Shown: positions 48,475 to 58,295 of the stretch, one piece after another
How the letters are laid out: every line of letters starts with the position of its first letter
Numbering within the stretch: the stretch's first letter is position 1
NCBI GenBank assembly: GCA_963705705.1
Contig: CAVPKK010000001.1
Location: 1-64,000 of the forward strand
DNA length: 64,000 nt
Source of the DNA: an uncultured bacterium
GTDB taxonomy: Bacteria; Babelota; Babeliae; Babelales; JABCYS01
Reading direction: 5' to 3'
Translations under genes and position numbers: made by a program
Notes under the pieces: generated by a model
Database searches by the model: none
Told to the model about the DNA's origin: nothing
What the model saw: only the letters and a program-made list of their open reading frames with translations

Positions 48475-50010
48475 TTATGCCATACGTCTAAATATAATCG
48501 GCGCGGCGCCGACAATAGTGCTCACAATAAAGAACAATGACAATCCGGCTGAAAATCCTACAGCGAAGGCGCCGAAGAACAATGCCATAATTACACCTTG
48601 AACACGCTGCTGTTTTTCACCAGCCGTTATGGTCGTCAACAAGAATGATCCGGCAACCAATACTGGCAAAATATAATATGGATCCTTAGCAGAAAGGTCG
48701 CGCATCCAGAGGAAAGGCGCACGATAGAGCTCAATTGATGACGATAATACACGGTTCATAGCAAAGAAGATCGGTAATTGTAGCAATAATGGTAAACAAC
48801 CGGCGCCAAATCCGCTCAAGCTTGCCAAACCATACTTTTGTATTAAGGCATTTTGTTCACGTTGCAATGCTTCAGGATCATCCTTATAGCGTTGCTTTAA
48901 ATATGCCATCTTTTTTTGCATCTCTTGCGCTTGTTGGGCAGTTTTTGTTGAACGCATTGAAAGTGGTAACAAAAGCAATCGCAGCAATAAAGTAAATATA
49001 ATTATTGACCAGCCAAAGCTATGCAGATAATGTGCAAGCCATTTTAGAATCATGAGCATTGGCTTCGCCATGAATCCAAGCCAACCATAATCAAGTGTAT
49101 CGACTAACCGTGGATCAACGGCGACCAAGGCCTCATGCTCTTTTGGTCCAATGAAGAATGAAAGTTGCCAACTCATACTTTTTGAAACCGTTGGGCCTTC
49201 GAGAATAGGGTATACGTTCTCAACCCCTACACGATAATAGGTTCGTTGCACAAAATGTTGTGGATCAGCAAAAAGAGCATGTAGAAAATAACGGTCTTCG
49301 GCGCCAAAACCTGTCGGTGCCAACCAAAAGCTATCATTAAGTCTTTCGCGATAACCTACAAGACCATATTTAGTGATTGAGCGATTTTCTTCTATAACCC
49401 CCGATACACTTTCCGGTTTGGTATGATCAAATAGATACGGGCTGGCGAAGATTAATCGTGGCTTAATAGATCCGCCCTCATGGGGAGTGACCGTTAATAC
49501 TACATCAATTTTGTAGGCGTCTTTATCAATAATGAATAGCTTTTCGATGGAGCCTGCTTTGGTTGTAGCATGATACTGTACGCGAACCTGCTTTTCATTT
49601 TCGTTCAATTCACCAAGCGTATAGAAATATGGAGTGTACTCATTCAATGCAACTAAAAAGAAGGCTTTTTCGCGATCAACTTCTGGTTTTGGATGAATAG
49701 TTTCTAGATCAATAATTACACCGTCGGTTTTACGCTGATAGATTGCCGAGGTTAGCGCCGCACCATGATTTGAAAAATCTAGTTGGCCATAGTTGGTTTT
49801 AACCGTTGTGCGTTGTTCGGGTACCGCTTCACCTTCAGCAAAGTTTACTTCACGATTAAGTGGCTCTTTTTTTAGCTCTTCCGATTTGGGTGCTTCAAAA
49901 CGTTGGCCTGGCGTTTCAGCTGATGGCTGTTGCGGCCCCATGTACCATTGAATGGCCCAAGTTACGCCGAGTGCTAAAACAACAGGAATGATAAGATCGC
50001 GTATATTCAT
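48475..50010 (-). CDS. yidC: Membrane protein insertase YidC
   Basis: DYGWLGF, GCLPLLLQLPIF, ELYRAPFLW..DLSAKDPYYILP. Confidence 0.96.
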   Translation of the reverse strand: MNIRDLIIPVVLALGVTWAIQWYMGPQQPSAETPGQRFEAPKSEELKKEPLNREVNFAEGEAVPEQRTTVKTNYGQLDFSNHGAALTSAIYQRKTDGVIIDLETIHPKPEVDREKAFFLVALNEYTPYFYTLGELNENEKQVRVQYHATTKAGSIEKLFIIDKDAYKIDVVLTVTPHEGGSIKPRLIFASPYLFDHTKPESVSGVIEENRSITKYGLVGYRERLNDSFWLAPTGFGAEDRYFLHALFADPQHFVQRTYYRVGVENVYPILEGPTVSKSMSWQLSFFIGPKEHEALVAVDPRLVDTLDYGWLGFMAKPMLMILKWLAHYLHSFGWSIIIFTLLLRLLLLPLSMRSTKTAQQAQEMQKKMAYLKQRYKDDPEALQREQNALIQKYGLASLSGFGAGCLPLLLQLPIFFAMNRVLSSSIELYRAPFLWMRDLSAKDPYYILPVLVAGSFLLTTITAGEKQQRVQGVIMALFFGAFAVGFSAGLSLFFIVSTIVGAAPIIFRRMA

Positions 50011-50229
50011 GTAAGCTCCGGAAAATTATATAAAGGACGGGTAGCTTAGCAGATTTACTCGATACATGAAGGTCAAAAAGATGATGGCATAAGCATTAAA
50101 GACTACTCTCTTCTTTGCAAACTGACGTTTGGCTTCTGCATACTAGAGTAACAACAAAAAAGGGCGATTAGCCTAACTAGCAAATATCATTAATATATTT
50201 GGGCATTTCAACTTACTAATTGTGGCTGC

Positions 50230-51045
50230 ATGGAAATAAAAAAATTAGGTGTATTTGATTCCGGCATTGGCGGATTATCCGTTCTTCAAGAGCTTTTTAA
50301 ATTGCCAATACCAAACTTTGTTTATTTTGCTGACACCAAGAACTTGCCTTATGGTGAAAAGAGTCCGCAACAAATTAAAGAGTTCACTCTCAACGCCGTG
50401 CGCTTTCTGGTTGAAAAGGAACAGACTAACGCCATCGTGCTTGCTTGCCATACCGCCTCGGCCATAGCCTTAGAGCATGTACAAATAGCCTTCCCCGATA
50501 TATCAATTTTTGGTGTAATTGATCCGGTGGTGCAGGCTGCAGTTACAGCCACAAAAAACCAGCGCATTGGCATAATAGGCACGCCGGCTACGGTCGCTAG
50601 TGGCATGCATAAAGCCAAAATTCTCAAACTCAATTCGGCATTCCAGATTTTTGCCCAAGCTGCTCCAAAATTGGTACCACTTATTGAAGATGGCAAACAA
50701 AAAACCTCTGCCATGACAGCAGCGATTTGGGAATACCTTGCCCCGCTGCAAGATGCTGGCATCGATACCTTAATTATTGGCTGTACGCATTATGAGCTTA
50801 TTAAAGATGAAATACGCGAATTAGCAGGAACCCCTGTACAGCTCGTCAGCGCACCCGAACTTACTTTAATGGCTTTAAAAGCCGGCTTGGGCAATTCTGC
50901 CAACCATCCACAAAAATGCTTCTACCATGTTTCTGGCGATCTCCAAAAGTTCATACTAAATGCCAGGAAAATTGGCATTGGGCTAGAAATTAATAGCCCG
51001 GAGAATTCAGGTCCTATTGTTGCGGGCCATTTGCTTGAGCATTAA
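50230..51045 (+). CDS. murI: Glutamate racemase
   Basis: GVFDSGIGGLSV, PYGEKS, ACHTAS, GCTHY. Confidence 0.97.
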   Translation: MEIKKLGVFDSGIGGLSVLQELFKLPIPNFVYFADTKNLPYGEKSPQQIKEFTLNAVRFLVEKEQTNAIVLACHTASAIALEHVQIAFPDISIFGVIDPVVQAAVTATKNQRIGIIGTPATVASGMHKAKILKLNSAFQIFAQAAPKLVPLIEDGKQKTSAMTAAIWEYLAPLQDAGIDTLIIGCTHYELIKDEIRELAGTPVQLVSAPELTLMALKAGLGNSANHPQKCFYHVSGDLQKFILNARKIGIGLEINSPENSGPIVAGHLLEH

Positions 51046-51106
51046 AAATATGTAACCTGCACTCCCCGATAATTTAGGTAGGTTTAGGGTAAAGGGTTAG
51101 AATATT

Positions 51107-51445
51107 ATGATTATGAAACATTTCTTTACGCTTTCGATACTAGGGGCCCTGCCAATTTTAGGTGGTTCTGCAACTAGTTCTTTACCAAACAAAAACTCTA
51201 ATGCAGCAATACAATCTACATGCGAGCTTCACCGCCAAAGAATGTTACGCCGATTTACGCTCATGGAACTGCTCGCTCAAACGAATGAAAAATTAGGGCA
51301 AAGCAATGGCATGGATAGTCGTGAAAAAGAACTTAAATCGATTATTGAGCGACTCAATACTGAACTAGATACGCTGAACCAAGAACTTGGACCTCTGCAA
51401 GAAAGCTCTCGCGATGGAACATTCCTTGGCTGCGAGATCATGTAA
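51107..51445 (+). CDS. Small secreted coiled-coil protein ending in a CaaX-like motif (CEIM)
   Basis: Signal peptide; heptad region; C-terminus FLGCEIM. Confidence 0.7.
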   Translation: MIMKHFFTLSILGALPILGGSATSSLPNKNSNAAIQSTCELHRQRMLRRFTLMELLAQTNEKLGQSNGMDSREKELKSIIERLNTELDTLNQELGPLQESSRDGTFLGCEIM

Positions 51446-51507
51446 GGTGACTATGTTGGTCGACCGTGGTATAGATGTTGCATCAAGGCTCCAATAATAG
51501 GAACACA

Positions 51508-52329
51508 ATGAATAGCAAAAAATTGATCTTCATGGCCATCGCATGCAATTCAATTGCTGCCTTGGCAACAAGTGCTGCACCAACTGAGGCACTAGCATTC
51601 CAACAATTCCAAGCTGGCCAAATTGCGGCGCTTACCCAATCAACAGACAGTGAGGTTATTGAATTTTCAGCCCATGACTCTCTGATCTCTGTACGAGCCC
51701 TCTTGCTCAATCTGGGAGCTGTAACTGACCCGGGCAAAGAACCTGCTTTAAAAAGGTTACGCAAAGAATTGCAAAGCCTCTTACAGTTAGCAGAGAAACA
51801 AATGAAAGATAATTCGGCAAGTCCACGTGATGAGATTGAACAGAAAGCCCGATCATCCCAATCTTTTTGTGCCGCAAAAAGTATCGAGCCATTACCTATT
51901 ACCCCAGCAATTTGCACTAAGTTGCTAGGGACCTGTCCATTTACTCAGCGAACTATTGAAGCTGAGATTAATAATGATTCATTGACAGTGCAGGTATTTG
52001 TACGATTAGAAGATTCATCTAACCCACCCAGGAATCCGGATGTTTCGCTCGTTCCGGAACCAGAGCTCTTCGCAACCGCAATGACCATAGAGTTGCCTAA
52101 GACAAAAAAATATCAGTTGTCTTATATCGATGTTCATCGAAATAATGTTTTCTCTATTTATTTAAAAGAAGCTGGCAAAGCGAAAGAGAAACGTATGACT
52201 TTTATGACTGCACACAACCATCCCGTATATCGTTATTGTGGTGCTCATGATGGGTATATGAAACTGTACTTCAACGATTTAGATACCGGAAAAAATGAAG
52301 AAGCTGGTTGGGGTTGCGCTATAATGTAG
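51508..52329 (+). CDS. Secreted hypothetical protein ending in CaaX (CAIM)
   Basis: Start MNSKKLIF; ATSAAP after the signal peptide; C-terminus GWGCAIM. Confidence 0.75.
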   Translation: MNSKKLIFMAIACNSIAALATSAAPTEALAFQQFQAGQIAALTQSTDSEVIEFSAHDSLISVRALLLNLGAVTDPGKEPALKRLRKELQSLLQLAEKQMKDNSASPRDEIEQKARSSQSFCAAKSIEPLPITPAICTKLLGTCPFTQRTIEAEINNDSLTVQVFVRLEDSSNPPRNPDVSLVPEPELFATAMTIELPKTKKYQLSYIDVHRNNVFSIYLKEAGKAKEKRMTFMTAHNHPVYRYCGAHDGYMKLYFNDLDTGKNEEAGWGCAIM

Positions 52330-52392
52330 CTATCTATAAATCTTATCTTAAGCTATTCTCCCGGCTAGGTTTTTTTTAAAAAGGGCTAGAAC

Positions 52393-52929
52393 ATGAGAAT
52401 GCAACCGCGACAATTTCGAATTGGCGAATTGGCAAAAAATCTAGGTGTAGAGCGTTTTGTGGTGCGATTCTGGGAAAAGGAATTTGGACTCAGCACCGCT
52501 CGATCCGAAGGCGGCCAACGTTTTTTTGAAGAAAAAGATCTTGAAAAATTACAGCTCATAAAAAAATTGTTGTATGAAGATGGCCTCACCATAGCCGGTG
52601 CAAAAAGAATCTTGGCCGACAAAGAAAGACTCAAATTAATTGTACCTTCTCACATAACTACCATGGAAGAAGAAGTGGTAGAGACAGCTCCCCACATTAC
52701 TTTAGCAGAACATGAACTAGCCGGCTGCACACCGGATAATTGCAAACTTCGTGATCAATTTGATCAGCTCAAAGACCAATTAATTAAATTAAAAAAGATT
52801 TTATTAAAAGTGCAGTTTCAACCAGCTGAATCATTAACATCGGCTGAAGAATTACAACAAAGTGAAACGCAACTCAGCATGTCAGAAACGTCTACTCCCG
52901 ATTCGGACATAGTTCAATCAACTGGATAA
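52393..52929 (+). CDS. MerR-family HTH protein
   Basis: FRIGELAKNLGV..FVVRFWEKEF...RSEGGQRFF...LLYEDGLTIAGAK. Confidence 0.9.
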   Translation: MRMQPRQFRIGELAKNLGVERFVVRFWEKEFGLSTARSEGGQRFFEEKDLEKLQLIKKLLYEDGLTIAGAKRILADKERLKLIVPSHITTMEEEVVETAPHITLAEHELAGCTPDNCKLRDQFDQLKDQLIKLKKILLKVQFQPAESLTSAEELQQSETQLSMSETSTPDSDIVQSTG

Positions 52930-52940
52930 TTTTAAACAAC

Positions 52941-54353
52941 ATGTATCGCAAAACATCACATTTACATTTCGTTGGCATCGGCGGTATCGGCATGAGCGGT
53001 ATTGCCAAAATTCTTAAATACCAAGGCTATTTTGTTTCGGGCTGCGATTTGGATTTAGAGCAAAAATCGGTTGAAGAACTTGTTGAGCTCGGCTGCCCTA
53101 TAACCCATGGCCATAACACCCCTGCTTGTCACGATCCATCTATTGATGTTTTGGTTTATTCATCAGCAGTTAACGGCTCAAGCCCGGAAATTATTGCGGC
53201 CCAGCAGCGGGGTATTCCAACAATTCCGCGTGCTCTCATGCTCGCTGAACTCATGCGAATGAAATACAGTATAGGAATTGCCGGATCTCATGGTAAAACA
53301 ACCACAACCTCCATGGTCTCACATATTTTGATAGAGGGGCGGTTGGATCCGACTGTAATAATTGGTGGTCATTTAAAAAATATTTCAGCACATGCTCGGC
53401 TAGGCAAGGGCGACTTCCTGGTTGCAGAAACCGATGAGAGCGATCGCTCATTTTTGTATCTCTACACAACGCTCGGCGTTGTTACCAATATTGATTTGGA
53501 ACATTTGGAAACGTATACCGATATGCAGGATATTAAGGAAACATTTAAAAAGTTTCTGAACAACCTGCCCTTCTATGGCAAAGCGATTGTGTGTGTTGAT
53601 GATGAACAAGTTCGTTCACTACTTCCGATGCCACATATTAAAACAATAAAATATGGGTTAGAGGATAACCGGGAATTGGCTGATATATATGCCACCAATA
53701 TCACTCTGCAGGCTGATCATTCCACCTTTACCATCTTTAGTAAGGCTGATCCACAATCTGAATTCAAAGAACTTGGTATGGTTACCTTGGCAATGCCAGG
53801 GCGTCATAATATTTTAAATTCATTAGCGGCGACTACCGTAGCATTAGAATTGGGCGTATCATTTGATACTATTGCCACTGCATTAGCAACTTTTAAAGGC
53901 GTTGATAGGCGCTTCAGCTTCAAAGGTACTTTCAATGGTGCCGAATTATTTGATGATTATGGTCATCATCCAAATGAAATTTACAACACGTTGTTAGTAG
54001 CAAAGAGACGTGCACAAAAAAAATTAACCGTGGTTTTCCAACCGCATCGTTTTACACGGACTCATAAACTCTGGGACAGCTTCATAGATCTTTTTGCCAA
54101 GAGTGATCTTAACCATCTAATTATTACCGATATCCATGCTGCCCATGAGCAACCAATCGATGGCATAACGGCTGAAAAATTAGCGATGGCCATTAAAGAG
54201 CGGAATCCAGCTTGCTTGGTCAGTTATGTACCTTTGGACCCTTCATTTTCACAAATCTCAGCTAAACTGGTTCCCCTTGTGGCAGCCGGTGACCTAGTAC
54301 TCCTCCAGGGTGCTGGTAAAATAAATAAACTTGCCGAAAAGCTCTGCCCCTAA
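52941..54353 (+). CDS. murC: UDP-N-acetylmuramate--L-alanine ligase
   Basis: HFVGIGGIGMSG, AGSHGKTTTTSM, DESDRSF, DDYGHHP.EI, FQPHRFTR. Confidence 0.98.
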   Translation: MYRKTSHLHFVGIGGIGMSGIAKILKYQGYFVSGCDLDLEQKSVEELVELGCPITHGHNTPACHDPSIDVLVYSSAVNGSSPEIIAAQQRGIPTIPRALMLAELMRMKYSIGIAGSHGKTTTTSMVSHILIEGRLDPTVIIGGHLKNISAHARLGKGDFLVAETDESDRSFLYLYTTLGVVTNIDLEHLETYTDMQDIKETFKKFLNNLPFYGKAIVCVDDEQVRSLLPMPHIKTIKYGLEDNRELADIYATNITLQADHSTFTIFSKADPQSEFKELGMVTLAMPGRHNILNSLAATTVALELGVSFDTIATALATFKGVDRRFSFKGTFNGAELFDDYGHHPNEIYNTLLVAKRRAQKKLTVVFQPHRFTRTHKLWDSFIDLFAKSDLNHLIITDIHAAHEQPIDGITAEKLAMAIKERNPACLVSYVPLDPSFSQISAKLVPLVAAGDLVLLQGAGKINKLAEKLCP

Positions 54354-54490
54354 GGGACTATTGCCATTTGTTTACGTTGTGATTATTTGATAGGCTAATG
54401 GTCCTATTCACTATATCTTAACTAAATAAGGCTCCTCCTTTATTGGCTGTGCCCGGCATGGTCCAAGAGGCGAAGCCGGGAGTAAACATC

Positions 54491-55255
54491 ATGTTAAAAC
54501 AACTAAAATGTATGACCCTCTTAGGTGTTGCCCTAGCTGCTGCGCCAGTTTCTGCTCGAGGTGGCTTTGGTGCCGCATTCGGTGGTGCATTGATCGGTAC
54601 TGCTGTTGGCTCTATTGTTGCTAGCAGTTTGGCATGTTCATCGTGCTGCGATTGCTATTACTGCGATCCTTATGCAGCTGCTGAAGCTCAAGCGATTCGC
54701 GAAGAAGCACGTGCCCGAAAACATGAACGCCGTATGTTTGAAGAAATGCGCCGTCAAGAAGAGGCAGAAATCCGTCGCCAAGAACGTGAAGCTCGCCGCA
54801 GACGCCGTATCACCGAAGTTCATACCATCACTCTACCTGCACCGAGCTGTGTGCTTATACAAGAACGACCAATCGTTGTGAAAGAAGTAAGACCAGTAGT
54901 TAGACAAACAACGACCGTTGTAAAAGAAGTACAAACACCTCGCCCTGCTCCAGCACCACGTTATTCGCCAGCACCTCGTCCGGCTCAAAAGCCACAAAAG
55001 GTAGTTGCTGCAAAACGCCCGGTTGTTAAGGAAGTTAAAGAAGTAAAACAAGTAAAAGAAGCACATAAAGTTGCTGAACTTAATGCGCAACGTGCCTTGG
55101 AAGAGGCGCGCACTAAACGCGCAGAAGCAGAAATGAAACTGGCAAAAGCACGCAAAGATGCGGCCGATGCTGAAGCTGCCCTTGCTCGAGCACACAAGCA
55201 AGCTTATGCTGCTGAATCAGAATTAAGCTACGTTAAAGAAATGTTTCTTAACTAA
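54491..55255 (+). CDS. Secreted protein with glycine zipper, Cys cluster and coiled coils
   Basis: Start MLKQLK after GGGAG; GGFGAAFGGALIG; CSSCCDCYYC. Confidence 0.75.
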   Translation: MLKQLKCMTLLGVALAAAPVSARGGFGAAFGGALIGTAVGSIVASSLACSSCCDCYYCDPYAAAEAQAIREEARARKHERRMFEEMRRQEEAEIRRQEREARRRRRITEVHTITLPAPSCVLIQERPIVVKEVRPVVRQTTTVVKEVQTPRPAPAPRYSPAPRPAQKPQKVVAAKRPVVKEVKEVKQVKEAHKVAELNAQRALEEARTKRAEAEMKLAKARKDAADAEAALARAHKQAYAAESELSYVKEMFLN

Positions 55256-55286
55256 AAGAGCTACCTGAATCTTTCTAAAATAACAT

Positions 55287-55322
55287 AACCCCGCAAGCCA
55301 TTTGGTTTGTGGGGTTTTTGTT
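55287..55322 (+). terminator. Rho-independent terminator
   Basis: AACCCCGCAAGCCA-TT-TGGTTTGTGGGGTT then T-run. Confidence 0.7.
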
Positions 55323-55488
55323 TGCCAGATAATCAATCGCGTCAACAAAACGCTCATGAAGCTGCCAGGGCTTTGTTGCTCTCCGCCTAAGCTCATCATT
55401 AAAGCTCACTATTGAATTCCCGAATTCGACTATGCTACCATCGAGATAGACAATACTACCTTGCAACACAACAAAAAAAGGATAACTC

Positions 55489-55764
55489 ATGGTACGTAGA
55501 CTGTTTATTTGCTTAACGATTCTAACCGCTGTGCCTGTCCTCGCGGGACGCAGCACCCCGGATTCTATGGGTCGCAAACTCACTCGCAGACAAAAAATGA
55601 GATTACCTGCGGTATGCGAGGATCAACTTGTTGAATGCCTGAAAGAAGCATTGGTAGAAAAAGAACCTGTGCGCGGGCAAAGAATTAAAGAATGTAATGA
55701 AGAAGCACATCGATGCCAGGAAAGAACTCCTTCCCCGATGGTCGTATCAGATGATGATGAATAG
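55489..55764 (+). CDS. Small secreted twin-CX6C protein
   Basis: Signal peptide; CEDQLVEC...CNEEAHRC. Confidence 0.7.
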   Translation: MVRRLFICLTILTAVPVLAGRSTPDSMGRKLTRRQKMRLPAVCEDQLVECLKEALVEKEPVRGQRIKECNEEAHRCQERTPSPMVVSDDDE

Positions 55765-55784
55765 CAAATAATTGGAGAGAAACA

Positions 55785-56105
55785 ATGATACGTCGTTTAT
55801 TTATTTTATTAGCATTGCTTACTGCAGTACAATCGATTCAAGCTCGCAGGGGCTGGGGTGGTGGCTTCGGCGCCGGTCTAGCAACTGGAGCAGTTGTAGG
55901 CGGTGTTGCTGGTGCGGCAAGCCGTCGTCGCAGCGTGTATGTTGTTGATGGCAACCAAGGTAGACCTGCTAGTACGTGCCAATCTCGCAATCAAGATTGC
56001 CTAGATTTTGCTAATAGCATGGCTGAGAATGATGAGCAGTATAATGATATGGTGCGAAAATGCCGCGCTAATTACAATAACTGCATACGCCAAAATGGCT
56101 TTTAA
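55785..56105 (+). CDS. Small secreted glycine-zipper/twin-CX6C protein
   Basis: GGAG RBS; signal peptide similar to 55489; CQSRNQDC...CRANYNNC. Confidence 0.75.
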   Translation: MIRRLFILLALLTAVQSIQARRGWGGGFGAGLATGAVVGGVAGAASRRRSVYVVDGNQGRPASTCQSRNQDCLDFANSMAENDEQYNDMVRKCRANYNNCIRQNGF

Positions 56106-56139
56106 TTAATCTGAGACCTAACGATACTCTTTTTCAGAA

Positions 56140-56180
56140 CCAAGAAACCCGCAGCGTATGAACACTGCGGGTTTTCTTGT
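56140..56180. terminator. Likely bidirectional terminator between convergent genes
   Basis: AAGAAACCCGCAG...CTGCGGGTTTTCTT inverted repeat. Confidence 0.7.
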
Positions 56181-56217
56181 TGTTATTTGTGTGGCTGCCT
56201 GAATCGGGTAGCAATTA

Positions 56218-56655
56218 TTAAGCAGCAGGGCTTGCAGACTTAACTTTATTCTTTGGCATTACTGGTGCAGCGGCTTCTTTTTGTTCTTTGGTAAGAACTA
56301 ATTCAGCAACACGTGCAGCCTTACCAACGCGATTACGTAGATAATAAAGTTTTGCTCGGCGAACAGCGCCTCTGCGTTTAAAGGTAATAGCTTCGATGGT
56401 TGGGTGTAGAACGGGAATATTCGTTCAACGGCCACAGAATTAGCGCCAAGTTTTCGTACGGTAAAAGGTGCTGGAAGCGCCATTATTTTTGATCGCGATT
56501 ACATCGCCTTCGAAATCTTGGATACGTTCCTTATCGCCTTCTTTAATTTTGGTTGATACTACGATGGTATCACCCACATTAAAAGCAGGGAAATTTCGCT
56601 CTACTAGTCGCTAAGTTTTTTGATTTGTTTCGCGCGTATAATGTTTTGCTTCCAT
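56218..56655 (-). CDS. rplS: 50S ribosomal protein L19 with several apparent indels
   Basis: Across frames: [58 protein letters not shown]; follows trmD. Confidence 0.92.
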
Positions 56656-56799
56656 TGCAAGATCCTCTAAGGAGCCAATTTATATATTTTCGAAATGGAC
56701 TTCTAATATAAAGCAATTCTGTCTGAGTGCCAAATCCTTAACCGCTTTCACGCCATCAGGAGTTACATGGGTCACAATTTTTATGCAATCGAAGACTTT

Positions 56800-58221
56800 C
56801 TACCGCCTGTGGGTCCCAGCCAGCCACCTATCAAAGATAACTGCTGCTGCCGAGCGTACAGATAAATGGTTATAGTCGGTAAAGCCTTTAATAGGCGGCA
56901 ATATATAATCACAGCGCTGCAATAGCCTCTGCGATAACCCTCGGCCAGTCCCAAAAACCAGTAAAATCGGCCGACCGCTTGCCCATACCTTAGCCTGGTC
57001 ATTAAAGCCAATGTTCGGTACCCCGGTCACCGGCCTTGCCGAAGTAGCAATGACCAAGGGCTTTTGTCCCTCTTTTTCCTCAATAGCTGCTAAACAGCGA
57101 TCAAAATTTTCTGCCAACTGGACAAACTGTAATGCTTCATGGCGCTCAGGATTATAATCTATACCAACTTCGGCACGCCAGAAATTTAATAATCGTTCGG
57201 CTATCCGTTCCTGATCTGCCAGGCTAGTGACCAAAAAATACCCTGCCAACCCATAGGTTCTGGCCGATCGGGCAATGTCATGGATATCAAGGGAGGTGAT
57301 GGAGGTTGTGCCTTCAACAATTTTGGCTACCGTATGGGCCAACTCCCCTTCACCCTCCACTAGTTCTTGCTTGACCAATACCTCATTATGCATGAGAACC
57401 GCGTAATGCGGCGGGATATAGCTAGCCCCCAGATCTCGTTCCTGCGTGGTCATTTCGCTGGTGCGGAACCAATCTAAATGTTCACGGACGGTTTTTTTCG
57501 CTGCTGTCTCGAGTTGCCATTTTTGTATCGCTGCATGGTTGCCCGACCTGATAATTGGCGGCACTTCCTGTCCGTGCCAGACTACCGGTTCGGTATATTC
57601 CGGGTGATCAAGGAAAGGGCCGGTAAATGAATCATGAATGACTGATTCTTGGCGTCCGACCACTCCAGGCACCAGGCGAAGAAATCCCTCAAGGAAAACC
57701 ATTGCTGGGATATCACCCCCCATAACCACATAGTCGCCGATTGAGATTACTAGGTCGGCATATGCTTCCTCTACGCGCGCGTCCATTCCTTCGTAGCGGC
57801 CACAAATCAGCATGAGATGGGGCAGCCGCTGATTCTGATATTCCGATTTTTCCATAATGCTTAGGATATATTCCGCGAACTGGGTCGAAGGATCGGTAAC
57901 AAGTTCTCGTACTTTTTCATACGTTTCCTTTAATAATGGCTCAGTGAGTTTCTTGCCCTGGGGCGAAAAGAATATTTTGAATGCCGTCCCAAATTGTTGC
58001 TCATGATCAATGATGGCTTGAGCAACAATGGTCGGCTTTAGGAGCATGCCAGCACCATGGCCAAAGGTTGGTGCATCTATGCGTTCAGTTGGTTTGGCGT
58101 AGGAGAAAAATGAGGTGGTTTTAATATTGACCGTGCCCTTTTCACGCGCCCTCTTAATGAGGCTGGTGTTAAGGAATGGCTCGTATAACTCGGGAAAGAC
58201 GGTCAGGATTGATATGTTCAT
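56800..58221 (-). CDS. trmD: tRNA (guanine37-N1) methyltransferase fused to a second SPOUT (Tm1570-like) domain
   Basis: ICGRYEGMDARV, SIGDYVVMGG, SGNHAAI; C-terminal DIHDIARSARTYG...LVFGTGRGL...YNHLSVRSAAAVIFDR. Confidence 0.95.
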   Translation of the reverse strand: MNISILTVFPELYEPFLNTSLIKRAREKGTVNIKTTSFFSYAKPTERIDAPTFGHGAGMLLKPTIVAQAIIDHEQQFGTAFKIFFSPQGKKLTEPLLKETYEKVRELVTDPSTQFAEYILSIMEKSEYQNQRLPHLMLICGRYEGMDARVEEAYADLVISIGDYVVMGGDIPAMVFLEGFLRLVPGVVGRQESVIHDSFTGPFLDHPEYTEPVVWHGQEVPPIIRSGNHAAIQKWQLETAAKKTVREHLDWFRTSEMTTQERDLGASYIPPHYAVLMHNEVLVKQELVEGEGELAHTVAKIVEGTTSITSLDIHDIARSARTYGLAGYFLVTSLADQERIAERLLNFWRAEVGIDYNPERHEALQFVQLAENFDRCLAAIEEKEGQKPLVIATSARPVTGVPNIGFNDQAKVWASGRPILLVFGTGRGLSQRLLQRCDYILPPIKGFTDYNHLSVRSAAAVIFDRWLAGTHRR

Positions 58222-58295
58222 ATAAGAATAAGAAAACTGCAGAACTAGAAGTTACTCCTAATTCTGCAGTTATAATCAATTTAAAGGTAACAAAC

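Noticed and set aside
54451..54482. CCCGGC...GCCGGG hairpin over the RBS of 54491 as a riboswitch
   Set aside because: It is a single short stem with no recognisable aptamer consensus
56605..56615. In-frame TAG in rplS as a sign of stop-codon reassignment
   Set aside because: TAG ends several normal genes here (rpsN, rplE, rpsG), and local indels explain it
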